The notes: generated by a model from the letters alone, not told the origin. Positions 24,808 through 34,800 are shown, numbered from the stretch's first letter. The stretch is 64,000 nucleotides of DNA from Escherichia coli (GCF_050320075.1 NZ_CP190018.1), one strand, 5' to 3'. A program made the numbers and translations.

Positions 24808-27800
24808 ATGAGTGAAGGACCAGGCGGGCCACAGGGAGCGACCGCAGGCGGTACGCTGGCAATGCGAATGCTGTCACAGCAGGCGATGGTCGCCAGCCAG
24901 ATGAAACGGGCAGCCAACGACAAAGCCATTGCACAGATGCTGGCATCAAAAAAGTCCGGCCCCCCCGCCGCCAGGCTGGGCGATGAAATTCAGCACAAGA
25001 GTTTTTTGGGGGCGCTGGCAGGGGCCGTGCTGGGGGCGATAGTGACCATCGCAGAAGGTTGCCTGATTATGGCCGCCTGTGCCACCGGCCCTTATGCGCT
25101 GGTTCTGGTGCCTGCGCTGATGTATGCCAGCTATAAGGCGAGTGATTATGTGGAGGAGAAACAGAACCAGCTTGAATCATGGATAAACAGCTTTTGTGAC
25201 ACGGACGGCGCCATCAATACCGGTTCTGAAAATGTAAACATTAACGGAAAGCCCGCTGCCAGGGCCGCCGTCACCCTTCCCCCTCCTCCCCCACCTGGAG
25301 CAATACCTGAAATCCCACAGGGGGAACCCTCATGGGGTGATATTGCCACTGACCTGCTTGAATCGGCAGCGGAAAAAGCAGTACCACTGGCGAAGGCCTG
25401 GGGGAACGCTGTTATCACCCTGACGGACAGCAATGCCGGTTTTATGGATCGCGTCAGCGCCGGCGCATCGCTTCTGTTTCCCGCCGGTCCGGTATTAATG
25501 GAGTTTGCCACCATGGTGGGCGGGCGTGGCGAAATCAAAAAAGATGTGGATTTCCCGGAAGCCGGTGAGGACACGGCGCTCTGCGACAAGGAGAACAAAC
25601 CACCGAGGATAGCCCAGGGCAGCAGCAACGTCTTTATCAACAATCAGCCCGCCGCGCGCAAGGGCGACAAACTGGAGTGCAGCGCGGCAATCGTGGAAGG
25701 TTCGCCGGACGTCTTTATTGGCGGTGAACAGGTGACCTATCTGGATATCCAGCCAGAGTTCCCGCCGTGGCAGAGAATGATCCTGGGGGGAATAACGATA
25801 GCCAGCTATCTTCTGCCGCCAGCGGGACTGCTGGGAAAACTGAAGAATCTGGCGAGACTCGGCAAACTGGGGAACCTGCTGGGGAAAAGCGGGAAGCTGC
25901 TGGGGGCAAAGCTCGGCGCGTTGCTGGGAAAAACAGGTAAGTCGTTAAAAAGTATTGCCAATAAAGTCATCAGATGGGTAACAGATCCTGTCGATCCGGT
26001 AACCGGCGCGTACTGCGACGAACGTACCGACTTTACGCTGGGCCAGACCCTCCCCCTCTCCTTCACCCGTTTCCACAGTTCTGTACTGCCGCTGCATGGC
26101 CTGACCGGCGTGGGCTGGAGCGACTCCTGGAGCGAATACGCCTGGGTGCGTGAACAGGGAAACCGGGTGGATATCATCAGCCAGGGAGCCACGCTGAACT
26201 TCGCCTTCGACGGTGACAGTGATACGGCGGTTAACCCGTATCACGCCCAGTACATTCTGCGCCGCCGCGATGATTATCTGGAGCTGTTCGACAGGGATGC
26301 ACTGAGCAGCCGCTTCTTTTATGACGCCTTTCCGGGAATGCGTCTGCGCCACCCGGTGACTGACGATACCAGCGATGACCGCCTGGCACACAGCCCCAAT
26401 GACCGGATGTACATGCTGGGCGGGATGAGCGACACCGCCAGCAACCGCATCACGTTTGAGCGCGACAGCCAGTACCGGATCACAGGTGTCAGTCACACCG
26501 ACGGGATCCGGCTTAAACTGACGTACCACGCCAGCGGCTACCTGAAAGCCATTCACCGCACGGATAACGGCATACAGACGCTGGCGACCTACGAACAGGA
26601 TGCGCGGGGGCGGCTGACAGAAGCGGATGCGCGGCTGGACTACCACCTGTTTTATGAGTACGACGCTGCGGACCGGATCATCCGCTGGTCCGATAACGAC
26701 CAGACGTGGAGCCGTTTCACCTACGATGAACAGGGCCGGTGCGTGAATGTCACCGGGGCGGAGGGCTATTACAACGCCACGCTGGACTATGGTGACGGCT
26801 GCACCACCGTGACGGACGGCAAGGGCATTCACCGTTATTACTATGATCCTGACGGCAATATTCTGCGGGAAGCAGCGCCGGACGGCAGCACCACCATGTA
26901 TGAATGGGATGAATTCCATCACCTGCTGGCCCGTCACTCCCCTGCCGGGCGGGTGGAGAAATTTGAATACAACGCCGCACACGGTCAGTTAAGCCGTTAC
27001 ACGGCGGCAGACGGCGCGGAGTGGCAGTACCGCTATGATGAGCGCGGCCTGCTCAGCAACATCACCGACCCTGCCGGGCAGACGTGGACACAGCAGTGTG
27101 ATGAACGCGGCCTGCCGGTAAGTCTGGTGTCGCCACAGGGCGAAGAGACCCGGCTGGCATACACCGCTCAGGGGCTGCTGTCGGGAATATTCCGCCAGGA
27201 TGAACGGCGTCTGGGCATAGAGTACGACCACCACAACCGGCCGGAAACACTCACCGACGTGATGGGCCGCGAACACCACACCGAATACAGTGGTCACGAC
27301 CTGCCGGTGAAGATGCGCGGCCCCGGCGGTCAGTCAGTGAGGTTGCAGTGGCAGCAGCACCATAAACTGAGCGGCCTTGAGCGCACTGGCACCGGCGCGG
27401 AAGGATTCCGCTACGACCGTCACGGCAACCTGCTGGCGTACACGGACGGTAACGGTGTTGTCTGGACAATGGAGTACGGCCCGTTTGATTTGCCGGTGGC
27501 GCGAACGGACGGTGAAGGCCACCGCTGGCAGTACCGCTACGATAAAGACACGCTGCAACTGACAGAAGTCATCAACCCGCAGGGTGAGTCATATCTTTAT
27601 GTTCTGGATAACTGCGGCCGGGTGACGGAAGAGCGTGACTGGGGCGGCGTGGTCTGGCGTTACCGTTATGATGCCGATGGCCTGTGTACCGCCAGGGTTA
27701 ACGGTCTGGAGGAAACCATCCTCTACAGCCGGGACGCCGCAGGCCGCCTGGCAGAAGTCATCACGCCGGAAGGCAAAACGCAGTATGCGTATGACAAATC

Positions 27801-29640
27801 CGGCAGGCTGACGGGTATCTTCAGCCCGGACGGCACATCACAGCGCACCGGCTATGACGAACGCGGGCGGGTGAATGTCACCACTCAGGGCCGACGGGCC
27901 ATTGAATACCACTACCCCGATGAACACACCGTCATCCGCTGTATCCTGCCACCGGAAGATGAACGCGACAGACACCCCGGTGAATCCCTGCTGAAAACCA
28001 CGTACCGCTACAACGCAGCCGGAGAACTGGCAGAGGTCATCCTGCCGGAGGATGAGACGCTGACGTTCAGCCGTGATGAGGCAGGACGTGAAGTGCTCCG
28101 GCACAGTAACCGGGGTTTTGCCTGTGAGCAGGGCTGGAATGCAGCCGGTCAGCTTACCAGCCAGCGCGCCGGACTTTTCCCGGCGGAAGCCACATGGGGC
28201 GGACTGCTCCCCTCACTGGTGCGGGAGTACCGTTACGACAGCGCGGGCAATGTGTCGGCTGTCACCAGCCGGGAAGATTACGGACGGGAAACTCGCCGGG
28301 AGTACCGGCTGGACCGGAACGGCCAGGTCACGGCGGTGACAGCCTCAGGCACCGGGCTGGGCTATGGCGAAGGCGATGAGTCCTATGGCTATGACAGCTG
28401 CGGCTACCTGAAGGCGCAGTCTGCGGGCTGGCACCGGATAAGTGAAGAGACTGACCAGTATGCCGGAGGCCACCGGCTGAAACAGGCCGGAAACACGCAG
28501 TATGACTATGACGCCGCAGGCCGGATGGTCAGCCGCATAAAACACCGTGACGGCTACCGCCCGGAAACAGAGCGGTTCCGGTGGGACAGCCGTGACCAGC
28601 TGACCGGGTATTGCAGCGCACAGGGTGAACAGTGGGAATACCGCCACGACGCCAGCGGCAGACGGACGGAAAAACGCTGCGACCGGAAGAAAATCCGCAT
28701 CACGTACCTGTGGGACGGCGACAGTATTGCGGAAATCCGGGAATACCGCGATGATAAACTGTACAGCGTACGGCACCTGGTGTTTAACGGCTTTGAGCTG
28801 ATAAGCCAGCAGTGCAGCCGGGTACGGCAGCCGCATCCGTCCGTGGCCCCGCAGTGGGTGACGCGGACGAATCATGCGGTGAGCGACCTGACGGGCCGTC
28901 CGCTGATGCTCTTTAACAGTGAAGGTAAAACCGTCTGGCGACCGGGGCAGACCAGCCTGTGGGGGCTGGCACTCAGCCTGCCCGCAGACACCGGCTACCC
29001 GGACCCGCGCGGGGAACTGGACGCGGAAGCCGACCCCGGCCTGCTGTATGCAGGACAGTGGCAGGATGCGGAATCCGGGCTGTGCTATAACCGGTTCCGG
29101 TATTACGAGCCGGAAACAGGGATGTACCTGGTGAGTGATCCGCTGGGGTTGCTGGGGGGTGAGCAGACTTACCGGTATGTGCCGAATCCGTGTGGGTATG
29201 TTGATCCGCTGGGATTAGCATTTTGCCCCAGAATGCAGAAGACATTGCAAAAATTAACTGACAAGGCTGTTGCTGATATTATCGCTAACCCCAGACTCGC
29301 TGAAGATCTGATGTCGGCGGGGAGCTATGCACATTTAAAAAATGGAACTAATTTATATGCAGCCAGTTTTGGTAAGGCTGTTGAACGTAGGGTTGCACAG
29401 TTAGTTAGTGACAATTCCCGATTAAGCAAACTTGTTGAACATACTGGTCAGGCCAAGGGGGCTAATGGACAGTTTATATCGAGCCCTGACTTCACCACTA
29501 AAGGTAAAGGCGTGTTCGACGTTACAACAAATAAAGCACTCCAAGCGCATATAGACAGATATACTAAAGCTGGTGTGTATACTCCCTATAATGATATTGG
29601 TTACTTGGTATATGATGTCGTATATGGATTATCTTTCTAA
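24808..29640 (+). CDS. rhs: prePAAR/PAAR-domain Rhs polymorphic toxin (T6SS effector) with C-terminal toxin domain
   Basis: 1610-aa ORF; N-terminal AARLGDEIQH (prePAAR AARxxDxxxH), hydrophobic TM segments, PAAR-like segments (NINGKPAAR, FINNQPAARKGD), long YD-repeat region, Rhs core ending PCGYVDPLGL (PxxxxDPxGL) at 29188-29217, followed by ~141-aa low-GC C-terminal domain. Confidence 0.9.
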   Translation: MSEGPGGPQGATAGGTLAMRMLSQQAMVASQMKRAANDKAIAQMLASKKSGPPAARLGDEIQHKSFLGALAGAVLGAIVTIAEGCLIMAACATGPYALVLVPALMYASYKASDYVEEKQNQLESWINSFCDTDGAINTGSENVNINGKPAARAAVTLPPPPPPGAIPEIPQGEPSWGDIATDLLESAAEKAVPLAKAWGNAVITLTDSNAGFMDRVSAGASLLFPAGPVLMEFATMVGGRGEIKKDVDFPEAGEDTALCDKENKPPRIAQGSSNVFINNQPAARKGDKLECSAAIVEGSPDVFIGGEQVTYLDIQPEFPPWQRMILGGITIASYLLPPAGLLGKLKNLARLGKLGNLLGKSGKLLGAKLGALLGKTGKSLKSIANKVIRWVTDPVDPVTGAYCDERTDFTLGQTLPLSFTRFHSSVLPLHGLTGVGWSDSWSEYAWVREQGNRVDIISQGATLNFAFDGDSDTAVNPYHAQYILRRRDDYLELFDRDALSSRFFYDAFPGMRLRHPVTDDTSDDRLAHSPNDRMYMLGGMSDTASNRITFERDSQYRITGVSHTDGIRLKLTYHASGYLKAIHRTDNGIQTLATYEQDARGRLTEADARLDYHLFYEYDAADRIIRWSDNDQTWSRFTYDEQGRCVNVTGAEGYYNATLDYGDGCTTVTDGKGIHRYYYDPDGNILREAAPDGSTTMYEWDEFHHLLARHSPAGRVEKFEYNAAHGQLSRYTAADGAEWQYRYDERGLLSNITDPAGQTWTQQCDERGLPVSLVSPQGEETRLAYTAQGLLSGIFRQDERRLGIEYDHHNRPETLTDVMGREHHTEYSGHDLPVKMRGPGGQSVRLQWQQHHKLSGLERTGTGAEGFRYDRHGNLLAYTDGNGVVWTMEYGPFDLPVARTDGEGHRWQYRYDKDTLQLTEVINPQGESYLYVLDNCGRVTEERDWGGVVWRYRYDADGLCTARVNGLEETILYSRDAAGRLAEVITPEGKTQYAYDKSGRLTGIFSPDGTSQRTGYDERGRVNVTTQGRRAIEYHYPDEHTVIRCILPPEDERDRHPGESLLKTTYRYNAAGELAEVILPEDETLTFSRDEAGREVLRHSNRGFACEQGWNAAGQLTSQRAGLFPAEATWGGLLPSLVREYRYDSAGNVSAVTSREDYGRETRREYRLDRNGQVTAVTASGTGLGYGEGDESYGYDSCGYLKAQSAGWHRISEETDQYAGGHRLKQAGNTQYDYDAAGRMVSRIKHRDGYRPETERFRWDSRDQLTGYCSAQGEQWEYRHDASGRRTEKRCDRKKIRITYLWDGDSIAEIREYRDDKLYSVRHLVFNGFELISQQCSRVRQPHPSVAPQWVTRTNHAVSDLTGRPLMLFNSEGKTVWRPGQTSLWGLALSLPADTGYPDPRGELDAEADPGLLYAGQWQDAESGLCYNRFRYYEPETGMYLVSDPLGLLGGEQTYRYVPNPCGYVDPLGLAFCPRMQKTLQKLTDKAVADIIANPRLAEDLMSAGSYAHLKNGTNLYAASFGKAVERRVAQLVSDNSRLSKLVEHTGQAKGANGQFISSPDFTTKGKGVFDVTTNKALQAHIDRYTKAGVYTPYNDIGYLVYDVVYGLSF
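27186..29217 (+). repeat. Direct repeat copy 1 (3' part of Rhs core, ~2.03 kb)
   Basis: Near-identical to 30384..32412 (visible by eye: ATTCCGCCAGGATGAACGGCGTCTGGGCATAGAGTACGACCACCAC... through ...GATCCGCTGGGATT). Confidence 0.9.
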
Positions 29641-29662
29641 AGCAAACTAATGGTAACTAAAT

Positions 29663-30373
29663 ATGACAAAAGTTCTTGAGAATGAAGAGTTCAATTCTAT
29701 ACATATAGACGAAGGTGGGGTTTTTAATAGTTTACGCTTTGAAAAATGTCTTTTTCAAAGCTGTAGCATACTTAGCAGAAAACTAAATGATAATAGTGAT
29801 TTACCTCCTCGCTTTGAAAACATTCTCATTAAAGATTGCACTGCTCTTAATTGTGTAAGTGGCCCAGCTTTTTTAAAAGATGTAACTGTTGAGAATTTTA
29901 GGACCGGTGATATTTTTCTTATTTATTCCACTATGTTTCATCATGTAACATTAAAAGGAAAGCTTGGGGCAATAAAAATAAATAAAAAAGATTATGTGCG
30001 TGACTATGATAGCCATCAAAGACATATTGAGATGATGAGAACGAGATTTTATTCTCAGATAGATTGGGCGATGGATATATCACAGGCGAAGTTTTTAAGT
30101 TTCTCCTGCAAAGGTATCCCAGCAAAATTAATTAGACGAGATAGTGAGACTCAATTTGTTGTAACGAGGAAACGTTTCAACTCTATGGATGTACTAAATG
30201 CAGAATTTAAAGGACAATACCCGTTTGTTTATTTACTGCTGGAGCTCTTTTTAGAATCAGATGAAGATGACCAGGTATTAGTTACACCATTAGGCAAAGC
30301 AAAAAAATATTATCAGCCAATTCTCGAAGGATTTAGAGAGTTAAGACGAGCAGGAATACTCGAACCTAACTAA
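29663..30373 (+). CDS. Putative cognate immunity protein of the Rhs C-terminal toxin
   Basis: 236-aa ORF starting 22 nt after the rhs stop, AT-rich codon usage unlike the Rhs core; position is the canonical immunity slot. No recognisable family. Confidence 0.6.
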   Translation: MTKVLENEEFNSIHIDEGGVFNSLRFEKCLFQSCSILSRKLNDNSDLPPRFENILIKDCTALNCVSGPAFLKDVTVENFRTGDIFLIYSTMFHHVTLKGKLGAIKINKKDYVRDYDSHQRHIEMMRTRFYSQIDWAMDISQAKFLSFSCKGIPAKLIRRDSETQFVVTRKRFNSMDVLNAEFKGQYPFVYLLLELFLESDEDDQVLVTPLGKAKKYYQPILEGFRELRRAGILEPN

Positions 30374-30383
30374 ATAAGGGTTA

Positions 30384-32412
30384 TATTCCGCCAGGATGAA
30401 CGGCGTCTGGGCATAGAGTACGACCACCACAACCGGCCGGAAACACTCACCGACGTGATGGGCCGCGAACACCACACCGAATACAGTGGTCACGACCTGC
30501 CGGTGAAGATGCGCGGCCCCGGCGGTCAGTCAGTGCGCTTACAGTGGCAGCAGCACCATAAACTGAGTGGCCTTGAGCGCACTGGCACCGGCGCGGAAGG
30601 ATTCCGCTACGACCGCCACGGCAACCTGCTGGCCTGGACGGACGGTAACGGTGTTGTCTGGACAATGGAATACGGCCCGTTTGATTTGCCGGTGGCGCGA
30701 ACGGACGGTGAAGGCCACCGCTGGCAGTACCGCTACGATAAAGACACGCTGCAACTGACAGAAGTCATTAACCCGCAGGGTGAGTCATATCTTTATGTTC
30801 TGGATAACTGCGGCCGGGTGACGGAAGAGCATGACTGGGGCGGCGTGGTCTGGCGTTACCGCTATGACGCCGATGGCCTGTGTACCGCCAGGGTCAACGG
30901 CCTGGAGGAAACCATCCTCTACAGCCGGGACGCCGCAGGCCGCCTGGCAGAAGTCATCACGCCGGAAGGCAAAACGCAGTATGCCTATGACAAATCCGGC
31001 AGGCTGACGGGTATCTTCAGCCCGGACGGCACATCACAGCGCACCGGCTATGACGAACGCGGGCGGGTGAATGTCACCACTCAGGGCCGACGGGCCATTG
31101 AATACCACTACCCCGACGAACACACCGTCATCCGCTGTATCCTGCCACCGGAAGATGAACGCGACAGACACCCCGGTGAATCCCTGCTGAAAACCACGTA
31201 CCGCTACAACGCCGCCGGAGAACTGACGGAGGTCATTCTGCCGGGGGATGAGACGCTGACGTTCAGCCGTGATGAGGCAGGACGTGAAGTGCTCCGGCAC
31301 AGTAACCGGGGTTTTGCCTGTGAACAGGGCTGGAATGCAGCCGGTCAGCCTGTCAGTCAGCGCGCCGGACTTTTCCCGGCAGAAGCCACATGGGGCGGGC
31401 TGCTCCCCTCACGGGTACGGGAGTACCGTTACGACAGCGCGGGTAATGTGTCAGGCGTCACCAGCCGGGAAGATTACGGACGGGAAACACGGCGGGAATA
31501 CCGGCTGGACCGGAACGGCCAGGTCACGGCGGTGACAGCCTCAGGCACCGGGCTGGGCTATGGCGAAGGCGATGAGTCCTATGGCTATGACAGCTGCGGC
31601 TACCTGAAGGCGCAGTCTGCGGGCTGGCACCGGATAAGTGAAGAGACTGACCAGTATGCCGGAGGCCACCGGCTGAAACAGGCCGGAAACACGCAGTATG
31701 ACTATGACGCCGCAGGCCGGATGGTCAGCCGCATAAAACACCGTGACGGCTACCGCCCGGAAACAGAGCGGTTCCGGTGGGACAGCCGTGACCAGCTGAC
31801 CGGGTATTGCAGCGCACAGGGTGAACAGTGGGAATACCGCCACGACGCCAGCGGCAGACGGACGGAAAAACGCTGCGACCGGAAGAAAATCCGCATCACG
31901 TACCTGTGGGACGGCGAAGTATTGCGGAAATCCGGGAATACCGCGATGATAAACTGTACAGCGTACGGCACCTGGTGTTTAACGGCTTTGAGCTGATAAG
32001 CCAGCAGTTCAGCCGGGTACGGCAGGCGCATCCGTCGGTGGCCCCGCAGTGGGTGACACGGACGAATCATGCGGTGAGCGACCTGACGGGCCGTCCGCTG
32101 ATGCTCTTTAACAGTGAAGGTAAAACCGTCTGGCGACCGGGACAGACCAGCCTGTGGGGGCTGGCACTCAGCCTGCCCGCAGACACCGGCTACCCGGACC
32201 CGCGCGGGGAACTGGACCCGGAAGCCGACCCCGGCCTGCTGTATGCAGGACAGTGGCAGGATGCAGAATCCGGGCTGTGCTATAACCGGTTCCGGTATTA
32301 CGAGCCGGAAACCGGGATGTACCTGGTGAGTGATCCGCTGGGGTTGCTGGGGGGTGAGCAGACTTACCGGTATGTGCCAAATCCGTGTGGGTGGGTTGAT
32401 CCGCTGGGATTG
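30384..32412 (+). repeat. Direct repeat copy 2 (orphan Rhs core fragment)
   Basis: See copy 1 at 27186..29217. Confidence 0.9.
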
Positions 32413-32865
32413 GCTGCAAGTTCTAAAATCAGCAGTTTGATGGACTATATTGGCGATGGTCGTCGTGTTAGTGGGCATACGGGTTTCCTGGATGGGGTTC
32501 GTTTATCACGTAGTCAAATAAACAATATTGCTAAAGAAATGGAGAAGCTAGGAATTAAAGTAATAAGGAAAGCAGATAAATATTTGCCACCAAATGCTAG
32601 GGCAGCTTTTGATTATGGCCTTCGCAATATTTATCTTAGGAAAAATGCTACCTTATATGAGGTGTATCATGAAGTGATTCATGCTAAGCAATTTGCGAAA
32701 ATTGGACGAGAAGCATACGAAGCACTAGGACGTTTATCTAGGGAGGAACACGTTCTAAATGAAATATTAAAAAGTAAAAATTTATTCAATGAGGCGGAAA
32801 TAGCTCATGCCATAAAATATGTTGAGGGATTGAGAGAAAAATTCATGATGGGACTAATAAATTGA
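30384..32865 (+). pseudogene. Orphan Rhs core-fragment + alternative C-terminal toxin domain, frameshifted
   Basis: Repeats the 3' 2 kb of the rhs core; 1-bp deletion near 31917 (GGCGAAGTATTGCGG vs GGCGACAGTATTGCGG in the main copy) splits it into ORFs 30455..31996 and 31828..32865; ends DPLGL (32398-32412) + divergent ~150-aa CT containing HEVIH. Confidence 0.8.
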
Positions 32866-33113
32866 TAAAACATAACAAAATAACTATCGAAATGGCTCTT
32901 GACTTGGCTCGGCGTGAGTTAGAGTTAAGGGAAATTCCTTATATTAAAAATAGTCTACATGCCAATTACAGCTATAAATCTATTAGTATTGGTTCTAAGC
33001 AAGGTTGGTTAATTTCAGCGAAATTAAAAGTCCCTGAAACTTTTGAGCCTGATATGATATTTATTGAGATATCTGACCCAGAAGGTTTTATTAATATTCC
33101 TGATGTATTATAA
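32862..33113 (+). CDS. Putative immunity protein for the orphan Rhs-CT
   Basis: 83-aa low-GC ORF overlapping the orphan CT stop; start codon uncertain (TTG in ORF track). Confidence 0.45.
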   Translation: MIKHNKITIEMALDLARRELELREIPYIKNSLHANYSYKSISIGSKQGWLISAKLKVPETFEPDMIFIEISDPEGFINIPDVL

Positions 33114-33309
33114 ACTACGTTAGAGGTTTTGTTATAAGGTAATCGGTTTCTTTACAGACCGCTGGCGTACATCGCACAGAGGCTGCTAACAGGGATATTC
33201 CTGCCTGGATGAACGCAAGGCAAGATCATGGAAATAGTGATATACATCACTATTTCCATCCTGATTTTAGCTATCGCATTAATAAAACAGCGGATGTTAG
33301 CCAATATCG

Positions 33310-33500
33310 AAACCAGTAACCCGTATCACGCCCAGTACATCCTGCGCCGCCGCGATGATTACCTGGTGCTGTTCGACCGTGATGCCCTGAGCTGCCGCTT
33401 CTTTTATGACGCCTTTCCGGGAATGCGTCTGCGCCACCAGGTGACCGGCGATACCGACGATGACCGCCTGGCACACAGCCCCGCAGACCGGATGTATACA
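33310..33500 (+). pseudogene. Vestigial Rhs core fragment
   Basis: NPYHAQYILRRRDDYLVLFDRDALSCRFFYDAFPGMRLRH... matches main rhs at ~26228..26420; embedded in ORF 33228..33539 with unrelated flanks. Confidence 0.7.
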
Positions 33501-33579
33501 GGGAAAGATCATCAGAAGTACACTTTTTGTACTAAATAATTCACATTTTATGTTTAAAAATTGAGATATTCCTCATTAC

Positions 33580-34800
33580 CTGAAGCTGTTTTTTATTGCT
33601 TATACATGATCAAATACTCCTTACATAATTAAGGAGAACAAAATGGAACTTAAAAAATTGATGGAACATATTTCTATTATTCCCGATTACAGACAAGCCT
33701 GGAAAGTGGAACATAAATTATCGGATATTCTATTGTTGACTATTTGTGCCGTTATTTCTGGTGCGGAAGATTGGGAAGATATAGAGGATTTTGGGGAAAC
33801 ACATCTCGATTTTTTGAAGCAATATGGTGATTTTGAAAATGGTATTCCTGTTCACGATACCATTGCCAGAGTTGTATCCTGTATCAGTCCTGCAAAATTT
33901 CACGAGTGCTTTATTAACTGGATGCGTGACTGCCATTCTTCAGATGATAAAGACGTCATTGCAATTGATGGAAAAACGCTCCGGCACTCTTATGACAAGA
34001 GTCGCCGCAGGGGAGCGATTCATGTCATTAGTGCGTTCTCAACAATGCACAGTCTGGTCATCGGACAGATCAGGACGGATGAGAAATCCAATGAGATTAC
34101 AGCTATCCCAGAACTTCTTAACATGCTGGATATTAAAGGAAAAATCATCACAACTGATGCGATGGGTTGCCAGAAAGATATTGCAGAGAAGATACAAAAA
34201 CAGGGAGGTGATTATTTATTCGCGGTAAAAGGAAACCAGGGGCGGCTAAATAAAGCCTTCGAGGAAAAATTTCCGCTGAAAGAATTAAATAATCCAGAGC
34301 ATGACAGTTACGCAATGAGTGAAAAGAGTCACGGCAGAGAAGAAATCCGTCTTCACATTGTTTGCGATGTCCCTGATGAACTTATTGATTTCACGTTTGA
34401 ATGGAAAGGTCTGAAGAAATTATGCGTGGCAGTCTCCTTTCGGTCAATAATAGCAGAACAAAAGAAAGAGCCAGAAATGACGGTCAGATATTATATTAGT
34501 TCTGCTGATTTAACCGCAGAGAAGTTCGCCACAGCAATCCGAAACCACTGGCACGTGGAGAATAAGCTGCACTGGCGTCTGGACGTGGTAATGAATGAAG
34601 ACGACTGCAAAATAAGAAGAGGAAATGCAGCAGAATTATTTTCAGGGATACGGCACATCGCTATTAATATTTTGACGAATGATAAGGTATTCAAGGCAGG
34701 GTTAAGACGTAAGATGCGAAAAGCAGCCATGGACAGAAACTATCTGGCGTCAGTCCTTGCGGGGAGCGGGCTTTCGTAATCTTGCCCTGCCTGCTCACCT
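33580..34800 (+). mobile_element. H-rpt / ISAs1-family insertion sequence (approximate bounds)
   Basis: Transposase CDS 33643..34779; terminal inverted repeats not delimited by me. Confidence 0.5.
33643..34779 (+). CDS. H-repeat-associated protein / ISAs1-family transposase (H-rpt)
   Basis: 378-aa [63 protein letters not shown]... recognised as the H-rpt (YhhI/YdcC-like) transposase that accompanies Rhs elements. Confidence 0.85.
   Translation: MELKKLMEHISIIPDYRQAWKVEHKLSDILLLTICAVISGAEDWEDIEDFGETHLDFLKQYGDFENGIPVHDTIARVVSCISPAKFHECFINWMRDCHSSDDKDVIAIDGKTLRHSYDKSRRRGAIHVISAFSTMHSLVIGQIRTDEKSNEITAIPELLNMLDIKGKIITTDAMGCQKDIAEKIQKQGGDYLFAVKGNQGRLNKAFEEKFPLKELNNPEHDSYAMSEKSHGREEIRLHIVCDVPDELIDFTFEWKGLKKLCVAVSFRSIIAEQKKEPEMTVRYYISSADLTAEKFATAIRNHWHVENKLHWRLDVVMNEDDCKIRRGNAAELFSGIRHIAINILTNDKVFKAGLRRKMRKAAMDRNYLASVLAGSGLS

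Noticed and set aside
25828-25950. Possible CRISPR-like or tandem nucleotide repeat (CTGCTGGGGAAA... periodicity)
   Set aside because: The periodicity arises from a coding Gly/Lys/Leu-rich peptide repeat within the Rhs ORF; no spacer-repeat architecture and no cas genes. No CRISPR array was seen anywhere in the window.
25945-26982. 345-aa reverse-strand ORF (and many other 60-180 aa antisense ORFs at 25146-28875, 31541-32478) inside the rhs genes
   Set aside because: They lie antisense to a long, GC-rich, clearly coding Rhs frame; such open frames are expected by chance in high-GC YD-repeat DNA and have Arg/Pro/Ala-rich low-complexity translations with no start context.
33228-33539. 103-aa ORF as an independent gene
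   Set aside because: Its central part is a relic of the Rhs core (duplicate of ~26228-26420) with unrelated N- and C-terminal extensions; better explained as a vestigial Rhs fragment than a functional protein.
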